Source of the DNA: the human T2T-CHM13v2.0 reference genome, Homo sapiens
Strand: one strand, 5' to 3'
Assembly: GCF_009914755.1 (NCBI RefSeq)
Contig: NC_060929.1
Length of the DNA stretch: 64,000 bases
Shown: positions 32,956 to 49,463 of the stretch, one piece after another
Position numbering within the stretch: position 1 is the stretch's first letter
Layout: each line of letters begins with the position of its first letter
Program-made: the position numbers and the translations under genes
The notes under the pieces: model-generated
The model's database searches: none
Told to the model about the DNA's origin: nothing
The model's input: only the letters and a program-made list of their open reading frames with translations

Positions 32956-33894
32956 TGTATCATAAAGTTACAGATACTATACAAAGTCAGAGAAAAGTAT
33001 AGGATTTAGCCACAAACTTTTAATAGGGTCAAATCATCTAAGGACTTTAAAGAGCAATGAGTTAAAAAAAAATCATAAACTACTGAAGAAAAGTAATCCC
33101 AACTCTTAGATTTAACATAATATTTCATCAGATTTTCTATCAATCTTTACCCTGTACATATACCATTCTGTACATAGCATACATACTTGAGATACACAAT
33201 GTATATACAATTTTGTATAGGTTCTAAAATTAAAATTATTGTGTAAATTTTTTGTCATTAAAAATTCTTTGTCATTCAAAAAATTCAAAATTTTTTTGTC
33301 ATTAAAAATTAATATTCCAACACATGGATGCCATAATTTACTTAGACTTCTCCTAATTTTTGACAAACACTTATAAATTTTCTACTTTGTAAAAGCAAAT
33401 TACACTATGGAAATTACAAACATCTAAGAAATGTTCATGATCCAAAAACCAAGATCAGTAAGAGGAACTCGAGCCTTCCCTTTACATGTAGAATACATTT
33501 GCCTTATCTATGTTTTATTCTAAAAATCCCTTTAAAAAATCACAGCAAAGAAATGTGAAAGACATAAACCTTAAAAGGAAAAAGAGAAGAGCAAATGACA
33601 GCATCCAAGAGATGTCCACGAGTTGGGAAAGAAAGACAGAGGACAGATGAATGGTTCCTGTGATTTATTAGGTACCTGTGACATTCAGAGAAAGCCAAAA
33701 GGTGAAAAAGCAAGTCAATTTGAAACCTAACATTTCCACTTTCTTATAGTTTCTTCTTGTTCTTTCAGTTTGCTGCTTTCTTCTCTAAATCCCTCAAGTA
33801 CATTTTATCATGCTTCTCCTAAATTCTAGGCAATTATGCTTCAATATTTCTGCTTTAGATCACACAAGATACATATATTGTCCAATTTCTTTTT

Positions 33895-34346
33895 ACATAA
33901 GTTAGGATATGGCCAAAGTGTTACCACAGGAAGACCCAAAATGCGGTAGCTTAAAGAACATAGATATTTTTTGCTCTCTCATGTGACAGGTGTGGGGAAA
34001 GCAGTGGTCAGTGAGTTGCTCCACCCCATGCGATCATTCACAATGCCGGCTTCCTCCCATTGGGCTGCTCAACCATCCCGTGGTCACTGGAATCATCTGC
34101 ATGGTTAAGATGAGTTGCCACCAAGCCTGGGTCCCCACCAGTGGAAAGGGTAGAGAAAGCAAAGAGGAGGCATGCCCAGTGCCGTAAGACTTAAGGATGG
34201 AAGTAGCAGAAATCATGTCTGTTTACATTCCGCTGATGAAAACTTAATCACATGACCACACCTAAATGAAGCAGAGGCTTAGAAATGTAGTCAAACTTAG
34301 CAAGAAAGATAATTAATTTTGTAGAAAGCTAACATTAGCCACCACA
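33895..34346 (-). mobile_element. Old MaLR LTR (MLT1I/J/K-like)
   Basis: ACTTAATCACATGACCACACCTAAATGAAGCAGAGGCTTAGAAATGTAGTC; terminal CCACA. Confidence 0.55.
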
Positions 34347-34819
34347 CTTGACTTTCTTTCTTAGGTTGTACTTCACAGGCATCTAGTAATTTTCATTTGT
34401 GAGCTCATGTACGCCTGGATATACCAGTTCCTCTGTTTCATGATGTCCTTTGGGGAAAGGCTGAACCCCAGGTGTTCATGGGGAAAGGGTGAATGCTTGA
34501 GAATAGTTGTGAGCTAGTACCTGTCTTCATCCACTCCCCACCACAGCAAGGCTTAAACCCTGCCATCTTACCATTTGGCGAACTCTCAGATCCACACAAG
34601 CGCTGTGATCACTGATTCCTGCCATGAGAGGAACCTGTGGTGCAGTGATTGCCCCACAGAGAGGAAAAGCAAGAGCAGAATTCAGAAAGGTTTCCACCCA
34701 CCTAACCACTGCCCTGCCTTGCCACCCCAGGCTGCACAAGTATCTCTCCCTCTCTTTCTCTCTCTGTCCTTCTCTGTCTCTCTCTCTCTCTGGGGGAAGG
34801 AGAGGGGGGTTCTTGTGCA

Positions 34820-34985
34820 AGTTACTTAAGTTATTAAGTTAGTAGGTCTTAGTTTCCCATCAGTAAAGGTGAGGTAATAATAACTACCAAAACCCATAAG
34901 GATTATTTTAAGATAATGGCATACATATGTAAGAATCTTGCTATCCTTCTGGAAACATATGAGGCAGTCAATCAGCGTTAAGTAT
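34820..34985 (+). mobile_element. MIR fragment
   Basis: CAAGTTACTTAA...CTTAGTTTCCCATCAGTAAAGGTGAGGTAATAATAACTACC. Confidence 0.55.
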
Positions 34986-35341
34986 TGTCTTCCCCTATCT
35001 CACAGAGTCTCTAAAAAAAATGTTAGGAGGTCTGAAATATGGTCTATCACAAAGTCACTTTGTGTTTTTGGTGAAATCACCTACCCATATATATGTAGGT
35101 AAAGTCACAGAAATCTAGAAACAGCTAGAGGGTGGACAATACATTCTAGCAATCTCTTCTAGCCATCATCTCCTCTAATACAAGTTGAAACTGATCAGTG
35201 TGACCTGCAGGTCCGGGTCATCATACAGACAGCCATGATCCATGTTATTTCTCAGTACTGTGTCCCAGTAAACTATGTTGCCAGATTGTTGTAGAAAGTA
35301 CTCTATCTCCTTATCAATAGAAAAGACTACAAACAACTTAG

Positions 35342-35790
<449 letters not shown>

Positions 35791-36342
35791 TTCTATATTA
35801 TTTTATCTGAAATGTTACTCTTCCTAAAATTTTGATGTTAAAATAGCCTTTCTCTTATGAAATGATGATGTCAGTAGATGTAGCTGTGGTTTTTGTTATT
35901 TAAATATTTTCCAAAAAATGTAAAGTGAGCTATCTTTTGTGATGTTGTTTCCTATGATTTTTGAAAATCTACTGTTAACAAAACTAAACAAACTAGAAAC
36001 TATTACTTAATGACTGTAGAAAGATAATTCAAATTTATCCTGTGTGGAAAAAGAACAAATTCGAGAATTTTTTTGGTTGTCCAATATTTTGCAGGATTCA
36101 AAGATATCTAGTTTCATGTGCACTATGCCTGCTTTCTCTAAATATCCTTAAAATGGAGCTATTGAATTCTACTTAACTTCCATTTGTGAGAAATATTAGT
36201 GAAAGTTGTTATAAACATATGCACATTGCTGCCATGTTTTGGTTTACCTTTGCCTGATATTGTCCTATGTTTCTGGCTTGCCCACCTTTACAATATTGGA
36301 ATAATTAGACATACTAAATTAAGGGTATACTGTGATTTCAGC

Positions 36343-36345
36343 TCC

Positions 36346-36386
<41 letters not shown>

Positions 36387-36470
36387 CCTCTCTCCTCTTT
36401 CTCTCTGTCTCTCTCCTGCCTCTCTCTCTCTCTCTCTCTGTCTCTCTCGCTTTCTCTCTTTCTTTCTTTT
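36343..36470. repeat. (CT)n polypyrimidine microsatellite
   Basis: Directly visible, ~125 bp. Confidence 0.9.
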
Positions 36471-38035
36471 GATACTCTAGGATAGAAGTTTACTTTTTCT
36501 TTAGAACTTTTTTCAAGTAAATCTAACAAACAAAACAAATGTAATTAGAGCCACCTCATAGATTGATGACGGGCAACGGTGAAGAGGATTGGAGAGATCT
36601 GAGAGAGCAAGGTGGGTCCTCATCAACTTAAGTCCCATGTGACAGTCTCTGAGACATGACACCTAGGAATCCCTAGAGTCCAGTTTGAAAAATCACTGCC
36701 CTAGTACAGTCAACTATCATGCTGCCTCAATTGCTTTTTCCCCCATCATTTCCTAAAGGTATGGTTCCTGAGTGGTTTTATCATGAGAAAGAATTGCCTT
36801 TTTAGCAAATGGCTACTAAAAAATTTTAAGTGTAGGGTATTTTTGTTTTTCTTCCCAAATATTCAGTCATTTTAATATCATTTGCCTCTAAATTAACACC
36901 ATTAAATATAGTTAAAGAGAATTTCTTTCTCCATAATAGATGTAGGATTTATTAGAATAATTCATTATTCCCTAAAGACAGCAATACATATATATTGCAA
37001 TTGTTGCAAATCATGTCGTTATCATCTTTCCTGTTTCTTTTTTTCATACTGAAGCCTTGTTTTGCAAAATCAAAATTTAGGAACTTCATTAAATGCATTG
37101 CCTGATGCACCTGTTTGGACTCTGGGTATCATTTTCTTTTCTCTAACACATTTTTATTCAAGATGTGTTGAATTTTCCAGAGGCTGTCTGAGGACTTAGA
37201 GACATCTGTACCCAGCAGTTTGCTTAAACCAACAAAAAGTGTTGAAGCAAAAATCAAACTTTGGGGCATCAATTTAACCATTCCTTTTCAAGTATCTTAG
37301 ATTGATGGAACATGTCAGCCCTGATACATCCACCGTCATTGTTTACTACTTAGGATAACTGTTAAAGCAAAACTGACTGCACTCTAATGAAAGCTGTCAC
37401 CGGGTGGTGTGAGAATCATGAAGGGAAAATAATACAGGGAATAATATAAAAAGCTCTGATTGGAATGGAATGACTATAAGAAAAACAGTTCAAGTACCAG
37501 AAATAGTATCATGCTATATAATTTAATTTATACAATTAATTGTGTACAAGTAATTAAGCCTATTAACAAAGAAGTAAGCATCCAAAAGAAGAGGATATAC
37601 AATCAAGCCTTTATATTCTCAGAATGTGGTTTAGTTGTAGGATCCCAATTTTCTGAAAAGTTTCCTTTTGTCATATGTAAATGTGCAGTGATCATTTTAC
37701 TCACTTTTTTCAATGAACTTATAAATTTATATTTGAAGAACTTATGTACAAGCAAAAGGGGTAAAAATAATGGGGTAGGCAAAGAGGAGGAAGTGTGACT
37801 AACAAGTGGAAATTATTTTTAAAAATTATGATAAACCCCTCATAAGAGCCAATTTTTGGTCTCTGAGTCTCACATCAGCTTTCCAGAATCAGGTTTTTTT
37901 AAATGTGTTGGAGTGAGGGGAAGCCACTAAGGAAAATAAACACACAAGATCATGGCCAGCAGGGAACAGGATGGATGGCTTTAATATTTACATTAAGAGT
38001 CCTTGTGAGGCCTTCAAATATATTTACATAGATTT

Positions 38036-38495
38036 TGTGATAGATTGATCACTGTATCCATGCCCTTTAAAATTTGACATTAAAGTTCCTCCCGTCCAGA
38101 AGTGGAGATTATTTCCCTGCTTCTTGAATCTGGGCTCATCTTGTGACTTGCTTCTGCCATTAGAATACAGTAGCAGTAATGCTGTCTGATTCTGAGCCTA
38201 GTAATCGAGAGGCCTGAACACTTCTACTTACTCTCATGGAACACTGCCACTGCTATATAAAACAAGCCCAGCCTATCCTGGCCGGACAGGTGAGTGAGGC
38301 CACTCTAGACCAGCCAGACTCTAGCTAACCAACCGACTGACAATCAGTACATGAGCCCAATCAAACCCAATGAAGACAGGAAAAACTAGAAAAACTATCC
38401 AATCAACCAACAGACTCCTAAGCTAAATGAATGCTTATTGTTTTAAGCCACTGAGTTTTGATAAAGTTTGTTAACAGCAATAGTTAAGTGATTCA
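38036..38495 (+). mobile_element. MLT1F/G/H-like LTR
   Basis: CTTGAATCTGGGCTCATCTTGTGACTTGCTT...TATTGTTTTAAGCCACTGAGTTTTG...CAGCAATAGTTAAGTGATTCA. Confidence 0.7.
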
Positions 38496-38724
38496 ACCTC
38501 CAAACAAAATATCACCTTCATCATCTATATGCACATTGAGTCATTCATTTATTCAATCCCTTAGATTTTTTAGCAGTACCAATAATATACTAACTGTTAG
38601 GATACAAACTATTCAACAAGGATCTAATGAGCATCAGCTTAGCTCTATAAGAACTTAAAATCCAAAAATGGGTGCAGACAGGCATGATCCCAAAAAGTTA
38701 ATTTTCTAGTAGTAGAAACAGACA

Positions 38725-40797
38725 TTTGGGGGTTAAGTACAAGGTGGGCAGCGCAAGAGAATGTGGGGGTGATGGAACTGTTGTGTAAAGAACTGTGGTG
38801 TTATTCACATGACTTTATCCATCTGTCAAAACCCATAGAAATGTATACCACAAAGTAAACTTTCTTACATAATTTTTTTCAAAAATAATATATAGGAGAA
38901 ATTGAAAAGTCAGTGTAGATTTTTACAAATGAATCTAATAGTATAACAATAAATTATATAACTGCATTAAAGGAGGTAAAGAAGAAAGAAGCTGAGGTAA
39001 GTAACTTTGGAAAACAGTATTTTGACTAGATATGGTAAGTTAAAGACGAAAGGAACTACATATGAACATTGTATTTCTGTACTCCACTTGATACTTTTCT
39101 TCATTACAGGGATGTGGAAAAGTAATCTGGAAAATACTTCATATGAATAATGAGGTTAAATAAGTAAATAACTATATTGTAGGTATTAAGAGCTAGGTTT
39201 CTCACTGTGAAAGAAAGAAGTTATAAATAAAGGGAAAAGGTTTTAGAATGAAACGTGCTAAATTGTATGAGTATGAACTTATGCTTGTTTCTTTTAAAAC
39301 ATAAATATACAGAAAGAGAGATATAAAAATAAAAATGGATATGTGTATGCATGGGTAACTACACACAAAGATATTTCCTAGCTCTGTCTGCTGCAAGGGA
39401 TTACAAGCACTAATATCTCAGTAGGAATGATCACACTTAGCATCCACTTCTTGGTTTCTAAGTACTATTCTCTAATAAAAAGAACCAAGGCTTCTTGGAA
39501 AAATGGTTGATTCCAAGGCTGCGGTAGTTAAAATACAAACCGAGCCTGGGGCATCTTGTTGTGCTAGAAAATAAAGATAAGGAAATACTAAAGAAATGAT
39601 AGGGGCATACAGAAAGGTTACAGGAGTCAACCTGAAGGTATGCCAAATGGTTAAATTCATAACAAATTGAACACCAAAGCGAATTAAAGTAATATTAGCT
39701 TATACTCCAAAGAATAAGTATCCTTGATTTCAGATTTTTATTTACCTAAAATGTTTATGTATATAAACATAAATAAATGGAGCAGAAGGGACACAGCTTT
39801 TCTACTTACTCACTTATTCTTTTCCAATTAATATATATACAAGAAATGAGAGAAATGGAAAATAGCCATTAGAACAATAATTGCTGCAGGCAAGATCCAC
39901 TGATTAATGTTAAAATTAGTGAGTAAACATTCAAGAGAAACAGAATATTTGGATAATTTCGAAGTTCCTTTTCCAAAATAAATGTTTATTAATTACAAAG
40001 AGAAAACTTGTAAATTTACAGTGGAGAATCATGAGAAAATAGCAGACAAACCCAAGGTGAATGATGTTCTACAAAATACCTGACCAGTACTTTTCAAAAG
40101 TCTCAAGGTCATGAGAGTAAAGGAAACTGTCATAGACAGAGAAACTGTCATAGATTGGAGCAGACTAAGGTGACATGACAAATAAATGCAATGTGGGATC
40201 CTGGATCTGATCCTGGAAGGAAAAGAGTATTAGTGGATGATATGGTTTGGCTGTGCCCCCATCCCAATCTCATCTTGAATTGTAACTCCCGCAGTTCTGA
40301 TGTGTTGTGGGAGGGACCCAGTGGGAGGTAATTGAATCATAGGGGCAGGTCTCTCCCATGCTATTCTCGTGATTGTGAATTTGTCTCATGAAATCTAATG
40401 GTTTTAAAAGGGGAGTTTCCCCATACAAGCTCTCTTGTCTTGTCTGCTGCCAAGTAAGATGTGCCTTTCACCTTCCACCATTATTGTGAGGCCTCCCCAG
40501 CCACACGGAACTGTAAGTCTAATAAACCTTTTTCTTTTGTAAATTGCCCAATCTTGGGTATGTCTTTGTGAAAACAGACTAATACAGTGGAAAAATCAGC
40601 ATAGTCCAAACAGTCTTTTGCTAAGTAAATTGTATTGTGCAAATATTAATTCTTCTTTTTTTCACTTGCCAGTTGTGCTCTGGTATGTTACATTTTGACA
40701 TTAGGGGAAGCTGGGTGAAAGGTACAAGAAAAAATTTTGCTCCATTTTTACAACTCTTCCATAAGTCTAAAATTATCTCAAAATAAAAAATTCAAAA
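38725..40797 (+). mobile_element. L1MC/L1MD-type long 3'UTR, interrupted by THE1
   Basis: GTCAAAACCCATAGAA; AAAAGAACCAAGGCTTCTTGGAAAAATGGTTGATTCC; AAATGCAATGTGGGATCCTGGAT; end AAGTCTAAAATTATCTCAAAATAAAAA. Confidence 0.7.
40238..40586 (+). mobile_element. THE1B-like solo LTR
   Basis: TGATATGGTTTGGCTGTG...GAAAACAGACTAATACA; perfect 5-bp TSD GTGGA (40233-40237 and 40587-40591). Confidence 0.92.
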
Positions 40798-41127
40798 CTA
40801 GGTATTCATAAGTAATTTCTTCTATTAGTAGACACTGCTAAAGTCTTCCAGAATATGTCTATGGCTTTGGATCCACCAAATTCAGACAGGTGAAGTTTTA
40901 ATGTATATTTATTTATGTCTATTCAATCTGTCAAATACATCAATTGAAATGTGGACTAGATTGCCAGATTCGTTAGGTCAACTAAATAATGCTAAATCTC
41001 CATCTGTGCATGATGTTATATAGACATTGATCAAAATAGATACCAGTTTTATGATCGTTCATTGCACTTGGCATTGTATCAGGAAAATATACTTTAAAAG
41101 CCCTATTTCATTCAAGCAAGTGATACT

Positions 41128-41293
41128 AAAATAAAATAAACCTGAAGTGCATATAGTATGACAGGCACTGTGCTTGGTAGTAGGTTAAAGTAGCAGGCAA
41201 AACATACCTCAAAATAAAATAAACCAGGAGTACATAAAGTATGACAGGCATTGTGCTTGGTAGTAGGTTAAAGTAGCAGGCAAAACATACCTC
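41128..41293. repeat. 83-bp tandem duplication
   Basis: Copies at 41128-41210 and 41211-41293 with 5 mismatches. Confidence 0.92.
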
Positions 41294-41588
41294 ATTTCTG
41301 TCCTAATATAGTTTAGATTCTACCACTGAAATTATCCAGTTCTTTGGGTTTCTTATAGATCCTCTCAGACAATTATCAAAAAGTCTATAATAACACACAA
41401 ACTTCTTAAGTGCAAAAATTCTATATCTTCTACTTCCTCTAACTCCAATGGAATGTGTTATATATACAACTTAAATTCTCAATAAATGTTTTTGGTTAGC
41501 TGATCCAGACCCAAGATGTGAACATTGCAAAGACATTTTTATTCAAGCCTATAAAGACTCTTGCATGCAAAAGGAAAAGACAGCTTTT

Positions 41589-42682
41589 CTAAAAAACAAA
41601 ACAAAAAAAAACAAAACAAAACTATTTTGTGTTGTAAAGAACACAATGTGAAATCTACCCTTTTAGAAAATTTTCTGTGCAATATAGTGTTGTTAATTAC
41701 AGGGATAATGTTATACAATAGGCCTCTAGAATGTATTCATCTTGCATAACTGAGACTTTACTCTCATTGATTAGTGACTCCCATTTCTCCCTCCCTCAAG
41801 CCCCTGGCAACCACAATTCTGCTCTCTGATTCTGTGAATTTGACTATTTTAGATCCCTCATATAAGTGAAATCATACAGTATTTATCCTTCTGCAACTGG
41901 CTTATTTCACTTAACATAATGTTCTCAATGTTTATCCATAGTATAAAACACGCCAGCATTTCCTTTTTTAAAGTCTGAACAATCCCCCATTGTTTCTATC
42001 ACATTTTCTTTATTGAAAATAAATAAAATGGGGGATAAATAGTTAGGTTTTTCCCACATCTTGGCTATTGCATCTAGTGCTACAACAAACACAGAAGTGC
42101 TAATATCTCTTTAAGATCTTGATTTCAGTTCTTTTGGAAAAGTACCCAGAAGTAGGATTGCTGGATCATATGGTAGTTTATTTTAATTTTGTGAGGAATC
42201 TCCACACTGTTTTCCATAGTTACTGCACCATTTTGCAGAAATTAGAACAAGGGTTCTAATTTTTCCACATCATCACCAACACGTGTTGTTTTTCATTTCA
42301 TGGATATGACTTCCAAAACATAGGCAACAAAAGCAGAAATAGACAAGTGAGACTACATCAAACTAAAAATCTTTTGCACAGCAAAGAAAACAATCAACAG
42401 AGTAGGAAAAAGGCCTACAGAATGGGAGAAAATATTTGCAAATTATATATCAAATAAATGGTTGATTTCCAAAATATATAAACAATTCCCATAGTTCAGT
42501 AGCTAGAATAATAACAATAACCTGATTTTTTAAATGAGCTAAAGACTTAAAAAGACATTTCTCCAAAAAAGATGTTAAAAATTGCCAAAAGGTATAGGAA
42601 AAGATGTTCAACATCACTAATCATCAGAGAAATGCAAATCAAAACCACGATGAGATATAACTTCACACGTTAGGCTATTATT
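41589..42682 (-). mobile_element. L1MA9-like element with 5' inversion (minus to ~42293, inverted plus segment ~42295-42682)
   Basis: Antisense L1MA 3' end then sense ORF2; approximate TSD AAGACAG(C)TTTT at 41577-41588 and 42683-42693. Confidence 0.78.
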
Positions 42683-42753
42683 AAGACAGTTTTGAAAAAT
42701 GTTCTCTACATTGCAGATTGCAGCAAATTGCTCAAGTTCGCCATCCAGCTTAC

Positions 42754-42788
42754 CTTTCACCATGTTAACTAGAAGAGCAGCTGCAGAA
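42754..42788 (-). other. Candidate 35-nt (or 27-nt) microexon
   Basis: Minus strand reads ctaataggtcatttgtttctcacag|TTCTGCAG(alt AG)CTGCTC...GTGAAAG|gtaagc; no transcript evidence. Confidence 0.3.
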
Positions 42789-43216
42789 CTGTGAGAAACA
42801 AATGACCTATTAGCATACCCATTTCTGCCCAGCAATAAGAGAAGATTCTCTCTTCTCTTTGGTAATTCCAATGGTCAGATGTTGAAAAACATTATTGAGT
42901 AAGGAACTATGCAAACTGATATATCTATTAGTACAACTGAGATCTATGATTTAAAGAATAAGAATAAATTGAAAAATATGTTCTAAAAATCATTTCTAAG
43001 TCAGTTTCAGGTCATTCCCTACCAAATATTTCCTTTCACTGCACCCAAAACTAGAATTATTTTGTGATGTATAATTTCTAGTTATATGAAATATATACCA
43101 TGCAGCTAACTCTCAATTTATGGAAATAAAGAATGACTGAATAAACCAGGGCCTCAGGAGAATGATTAAGGTGGTCAAAGAGCCGTCTTATGAGGTATGG
43201 TTGAGGTATCAGTTAT

Positions 43217-43530
43217 ACAATTGTTCCTTGGTATCTGCAGGAGATTAGTTCCAGGACCCTTGACAAATAACAAAATCTGCAAATACTCAAGTCCTTTATA
43301 TAAAGTGGCACAGTATTTGCATATAACCTATGCACACCCTTCCATATACTTTCAATCTCTCTAGATTGTTTATAATACCTAATACAATGTAAATGCTATG
43401 TAAATAATTGTTACACTGTATTGTTTTTATTTGTATCATTTTATTTTGTATGTTATTTTTATTGTGTGGTTTTTTTTCAAATATATTCAGCCTAAGGTTG
43501 GTTGAATCCACTGTCATGGAGGGCCAACCG
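43217..43530. mobile_element. MER2 (TcMar-Tigger non-autonomous DNA transposon)
   Basis: CCTTGGTATCTGCAGGAGATTAGTTCCAGGACCC...ATAATACCTAATACAATGTAAATGCTATGTAAATA...GGTTGGTTGAATCC. Confidence 0.85.
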
Positions 43531-43689
43531 AAGTTAGTTTACAGACCTAGGGAGGACAGGGTATTAGTCTTTGAGCATTATGCTTGTCATGTGGAAATAT
43601 AATTAGACCTGTTCCATACTATGTTATTCAGAAGAGTAGATCAAGGACATAGAGGTGAAAATTACATGGGAGCAGTTAGCTAAATAATT

Positions 43690-44180
43690 CAAAATAGGGT
43701 TAGCAATAAATGACATAAAACCAAACATATAACAACTGAGAAAAGAGAGATTTTTTTTCTCCCTCTCTCAAATAAACAAAATCTGTAAATAAACAGTCCA
43801 GGTTCTTTGTAAGACCCCACAATCAAAGACCTAGGCAGTTGACACCTCAATATATGTCTTCTACCTCATGATCTAAGATGGCTACTTAAGTTCTAGCCAT
43901 CGTGACTGCATTCCAGTCAGTAAGAAAGGGAAAAAAAGGGGGTGGGGGCAAGAAGGAGTTACATTCTCTCTCTCTTTAAGAGCATTTTTTGAAAGGTGTA
44001 TACAAATTCTATTTATATTCCATTAGCCAGAACTTAATAATATGTCTATACTCAGCCACAAGGGAGGCTGGAAAATATATCTTTATTCCAGGAAACCATG
44101 CAACTAGTTAATAATCAGTGTTTTACCACTTAGAAAGGAAAGGAAAAGGAGAACAAATATTGGGGAGCAGCCAGCAGTCC
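43690..44180 (-). mobile_element. Old MaLR LTR (MLT1J/K-like)
   Basis: CCATTAGCCAGAACTTAA...CAAGGGAGGCTGGAAAAT...GGAGAACAAATATTGGGGAGCAGCCAGCAGTC. Confidence 0.6.
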
Positions 44181-44508
44181 TTTACTTGTCAATAAGCATG
44201 CTAATTCATTTAAATCTTTTCTCATTGCATTAGTCTGCTTGGACTGCCATAACAAAATATCACATACTGGTTAGCTTAAACAATAGAAATTTATTTTCTC
44301 ACAGTTCTGGAGGCTGAAAGCCCAAGTTCAAGGTGTCAGCTGGCTTAGTTTCTCCTGATGCCTCATTTCTTGGCTTTGCTGATGGCCACCTTCCTGCTCT
44401 GTCCTCGCACGGTCTTTCCTCTGTGTCTGTGCATACCTGGTGTCTTTTATTCTTCTTATAAGGACACCACTCATATTGAATTGGATCCCCACCCTTATGA
44501 CCTCATTT

Positions 44509-47301
<2,793 letters not shown>

Positions 47302-48021
47302 TTATGACCTCATTTAACCTTAATTACCTCTTTAAAGGCCCTATTTCCACATACAGTCACATTCAAAGCTATTGCGGGTTAGAGTTGTAACCTATGGATT
47401 TTGGCAGGGTGGGAGGAATTCAGTCTATAGTACTCTTAATTCTTCTCCCTCCTGCAATGTTGTCAAGAAGTTAATGGACACTGAAAGAGACAGCAGGAAG
47501 TAAGAGTGAGATGGAAATTCAAAAGTTTGATAACCTAATCAACATCTAGATATACTGACATATATTGTATAATAAAACAGGAGGCATTCCCATAAAAAGT
47601 AGTAATAGGGGCTAGGGAGACAGTAGGGGATGAACTTTTGTCCAAACCCAATTGTATAATTTTTTCCCTCTAAGTCCATATCTATTTCTGCATCTATTTT
47701 TATAGATCAAATATCAGAAATCTGACTGATATGCCTAGGCTGGAAGAATAATTGGAAAATATATTAATTCCTTTATTGTGTACTTTGTTCAGTAACTACT
47801 CATTTAGCTAAGAGATTGTAATATAGTTGTTACAATGGTATCTAAAAGTTTTTTAATTTCATAAACACATTTGAATTACACAATTCTGTCTTTTTCAACA
47901 GTGGGCCAAACTTAGCCACTAAATTTCTGTGCAAACTGTCCTAATTAGGGCACATATATTGTCATTGTTTATGAATTTTCTGGATACAAAGCTATAAAAT
48001 CTTATTTTAAAAAAGTTCTGT

Positions 48022-49302
48022 ACTCAAAATGGATTACAGACTTAAATATATGACTGAAAGCTATGAAACTATTAGAAGAAGACATAGGATAAATGTTTCA
48101 TGACATCGTTCTGGACAAAGACTTTATGGTTAAAACCTCAAAAGCCCAGGCAGTAAAAGCAAAAATAGACTAATGTAATTACATCATACTGAAAAGTTTC
48201 TACACAGCAAAGAAAATAATCAACAGAATGTAGAGACAACTTACCTAATTGGAAAGAATAATTGCAAACTACACATCTGATAAGAGGTTAATGTCGAGAA
48301 TTTATAAGGTACTCAATTCAATAGCAAAACAACAACAAAAAATAATCTGATTAAAAAATGGGCAAACTACCTCAATAGACATTTCCAAAAGAAGACATAC
48401 AAATGGCCAACAAATATATTTTAAAATGCTCAACATCACTAATCATCAGGGAAAAGCAAATTAAAACCACAATGAGATACACCTTCCTCCAGTTAGAATG
48501 GCTATTATCAAAAAGACAAAAGATAACAAGTGTTGGCGAAAATGTGGAGAAAAAGAGACCCTTACATAGTGTTGGTAGAAATGTAAATTAGTGCAGCCAT
48601 TGTAGAAAACAATATGCAGGTTTCTCAAAAAATTAAAAATAAAACCACCATATGATCCAGAAACCCCACTACTGGGTATATATCCAAAGGAAATGAAGTC
48701 AGTACATTAAAGAGATATCTGCATTCTGGTGTTTATTGCAGCATTATTTACAATAGTGAAGATACTGAATCAACCAAAATACTCAACAACAATTAAATGC
48801 AAAAATAAAATATGAAATATTTATACAAAAGAATATTATTCAGCAATTAAAAAAAAGAAAATCCTGTCATTTTTAAGAACATAGATGAACCTGGAAGACA
48901 TTTGGTAAATGAAGTAAGCCAGACACAGAAAGACAAATTCCACATGATCTCAATCATGTGACATCTAAAAAAGTTACTCGTAGAAGTAGAGTGGAATAGT
49001 GGTGACCAGAGGCTGGGGAGACAAGGTAAGATGAAAGGAACAGGAAAAGTTAGTCAGTGGAGAAATAAATTCTGATGTTCTATTGCACAGCAGGCTGACT
49101 ATAGCTAGCCATAATGTATTGCATATTTCAAAATAGCTAGAAGAGATGATTTTGAATGTTCTCACCACAAAGAAATGATAAATATTTGAGGTTAATTGCC
49201 CTGATTTGATCATTATGTATACATGTATCAAAGCATTAAATTGTACCTCATAAATATGTAAAGTTATTATATGCCAATTACAATAATATGAAACTTTAAA
49301 AA
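48022..49302 (+). mobile_element. L1MA (L1MA3/4-like) 3' ~1.3 kb
   Basis: ORF2 C-terminal remnant (48403-48591); 3'UTR TTCAAAATAGCTAGAAGAGATGATTTTGAATGTTCTCACCACAAAG. Confidence 0.82.
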
Positions 49303-49444
49303 AGAGAAGATGACACACAGAGATGCAGGGAGAAAGCCATATGAAGAAAAAAATTACATTTCTTTCACCTAAATTCAGTAATTTGTTATCAGTTTGGCAC
49401 ACTTGTTCAATCTCTCTCTCACCACACAAGTACATGAACACATG

Positions 49445-49463
49445 CACACACACACACACACAC
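49445..49463. repeat. (CA)n microsatellite
   Basis: Directly visible. Confidence 0.85.

Noticed and set aside
41128-41293. CRISPR-like array (also 30044-30152 and 55900-55949)
   Set aside because: Only two adjacent units, no spacers, no cas genes, primate context.
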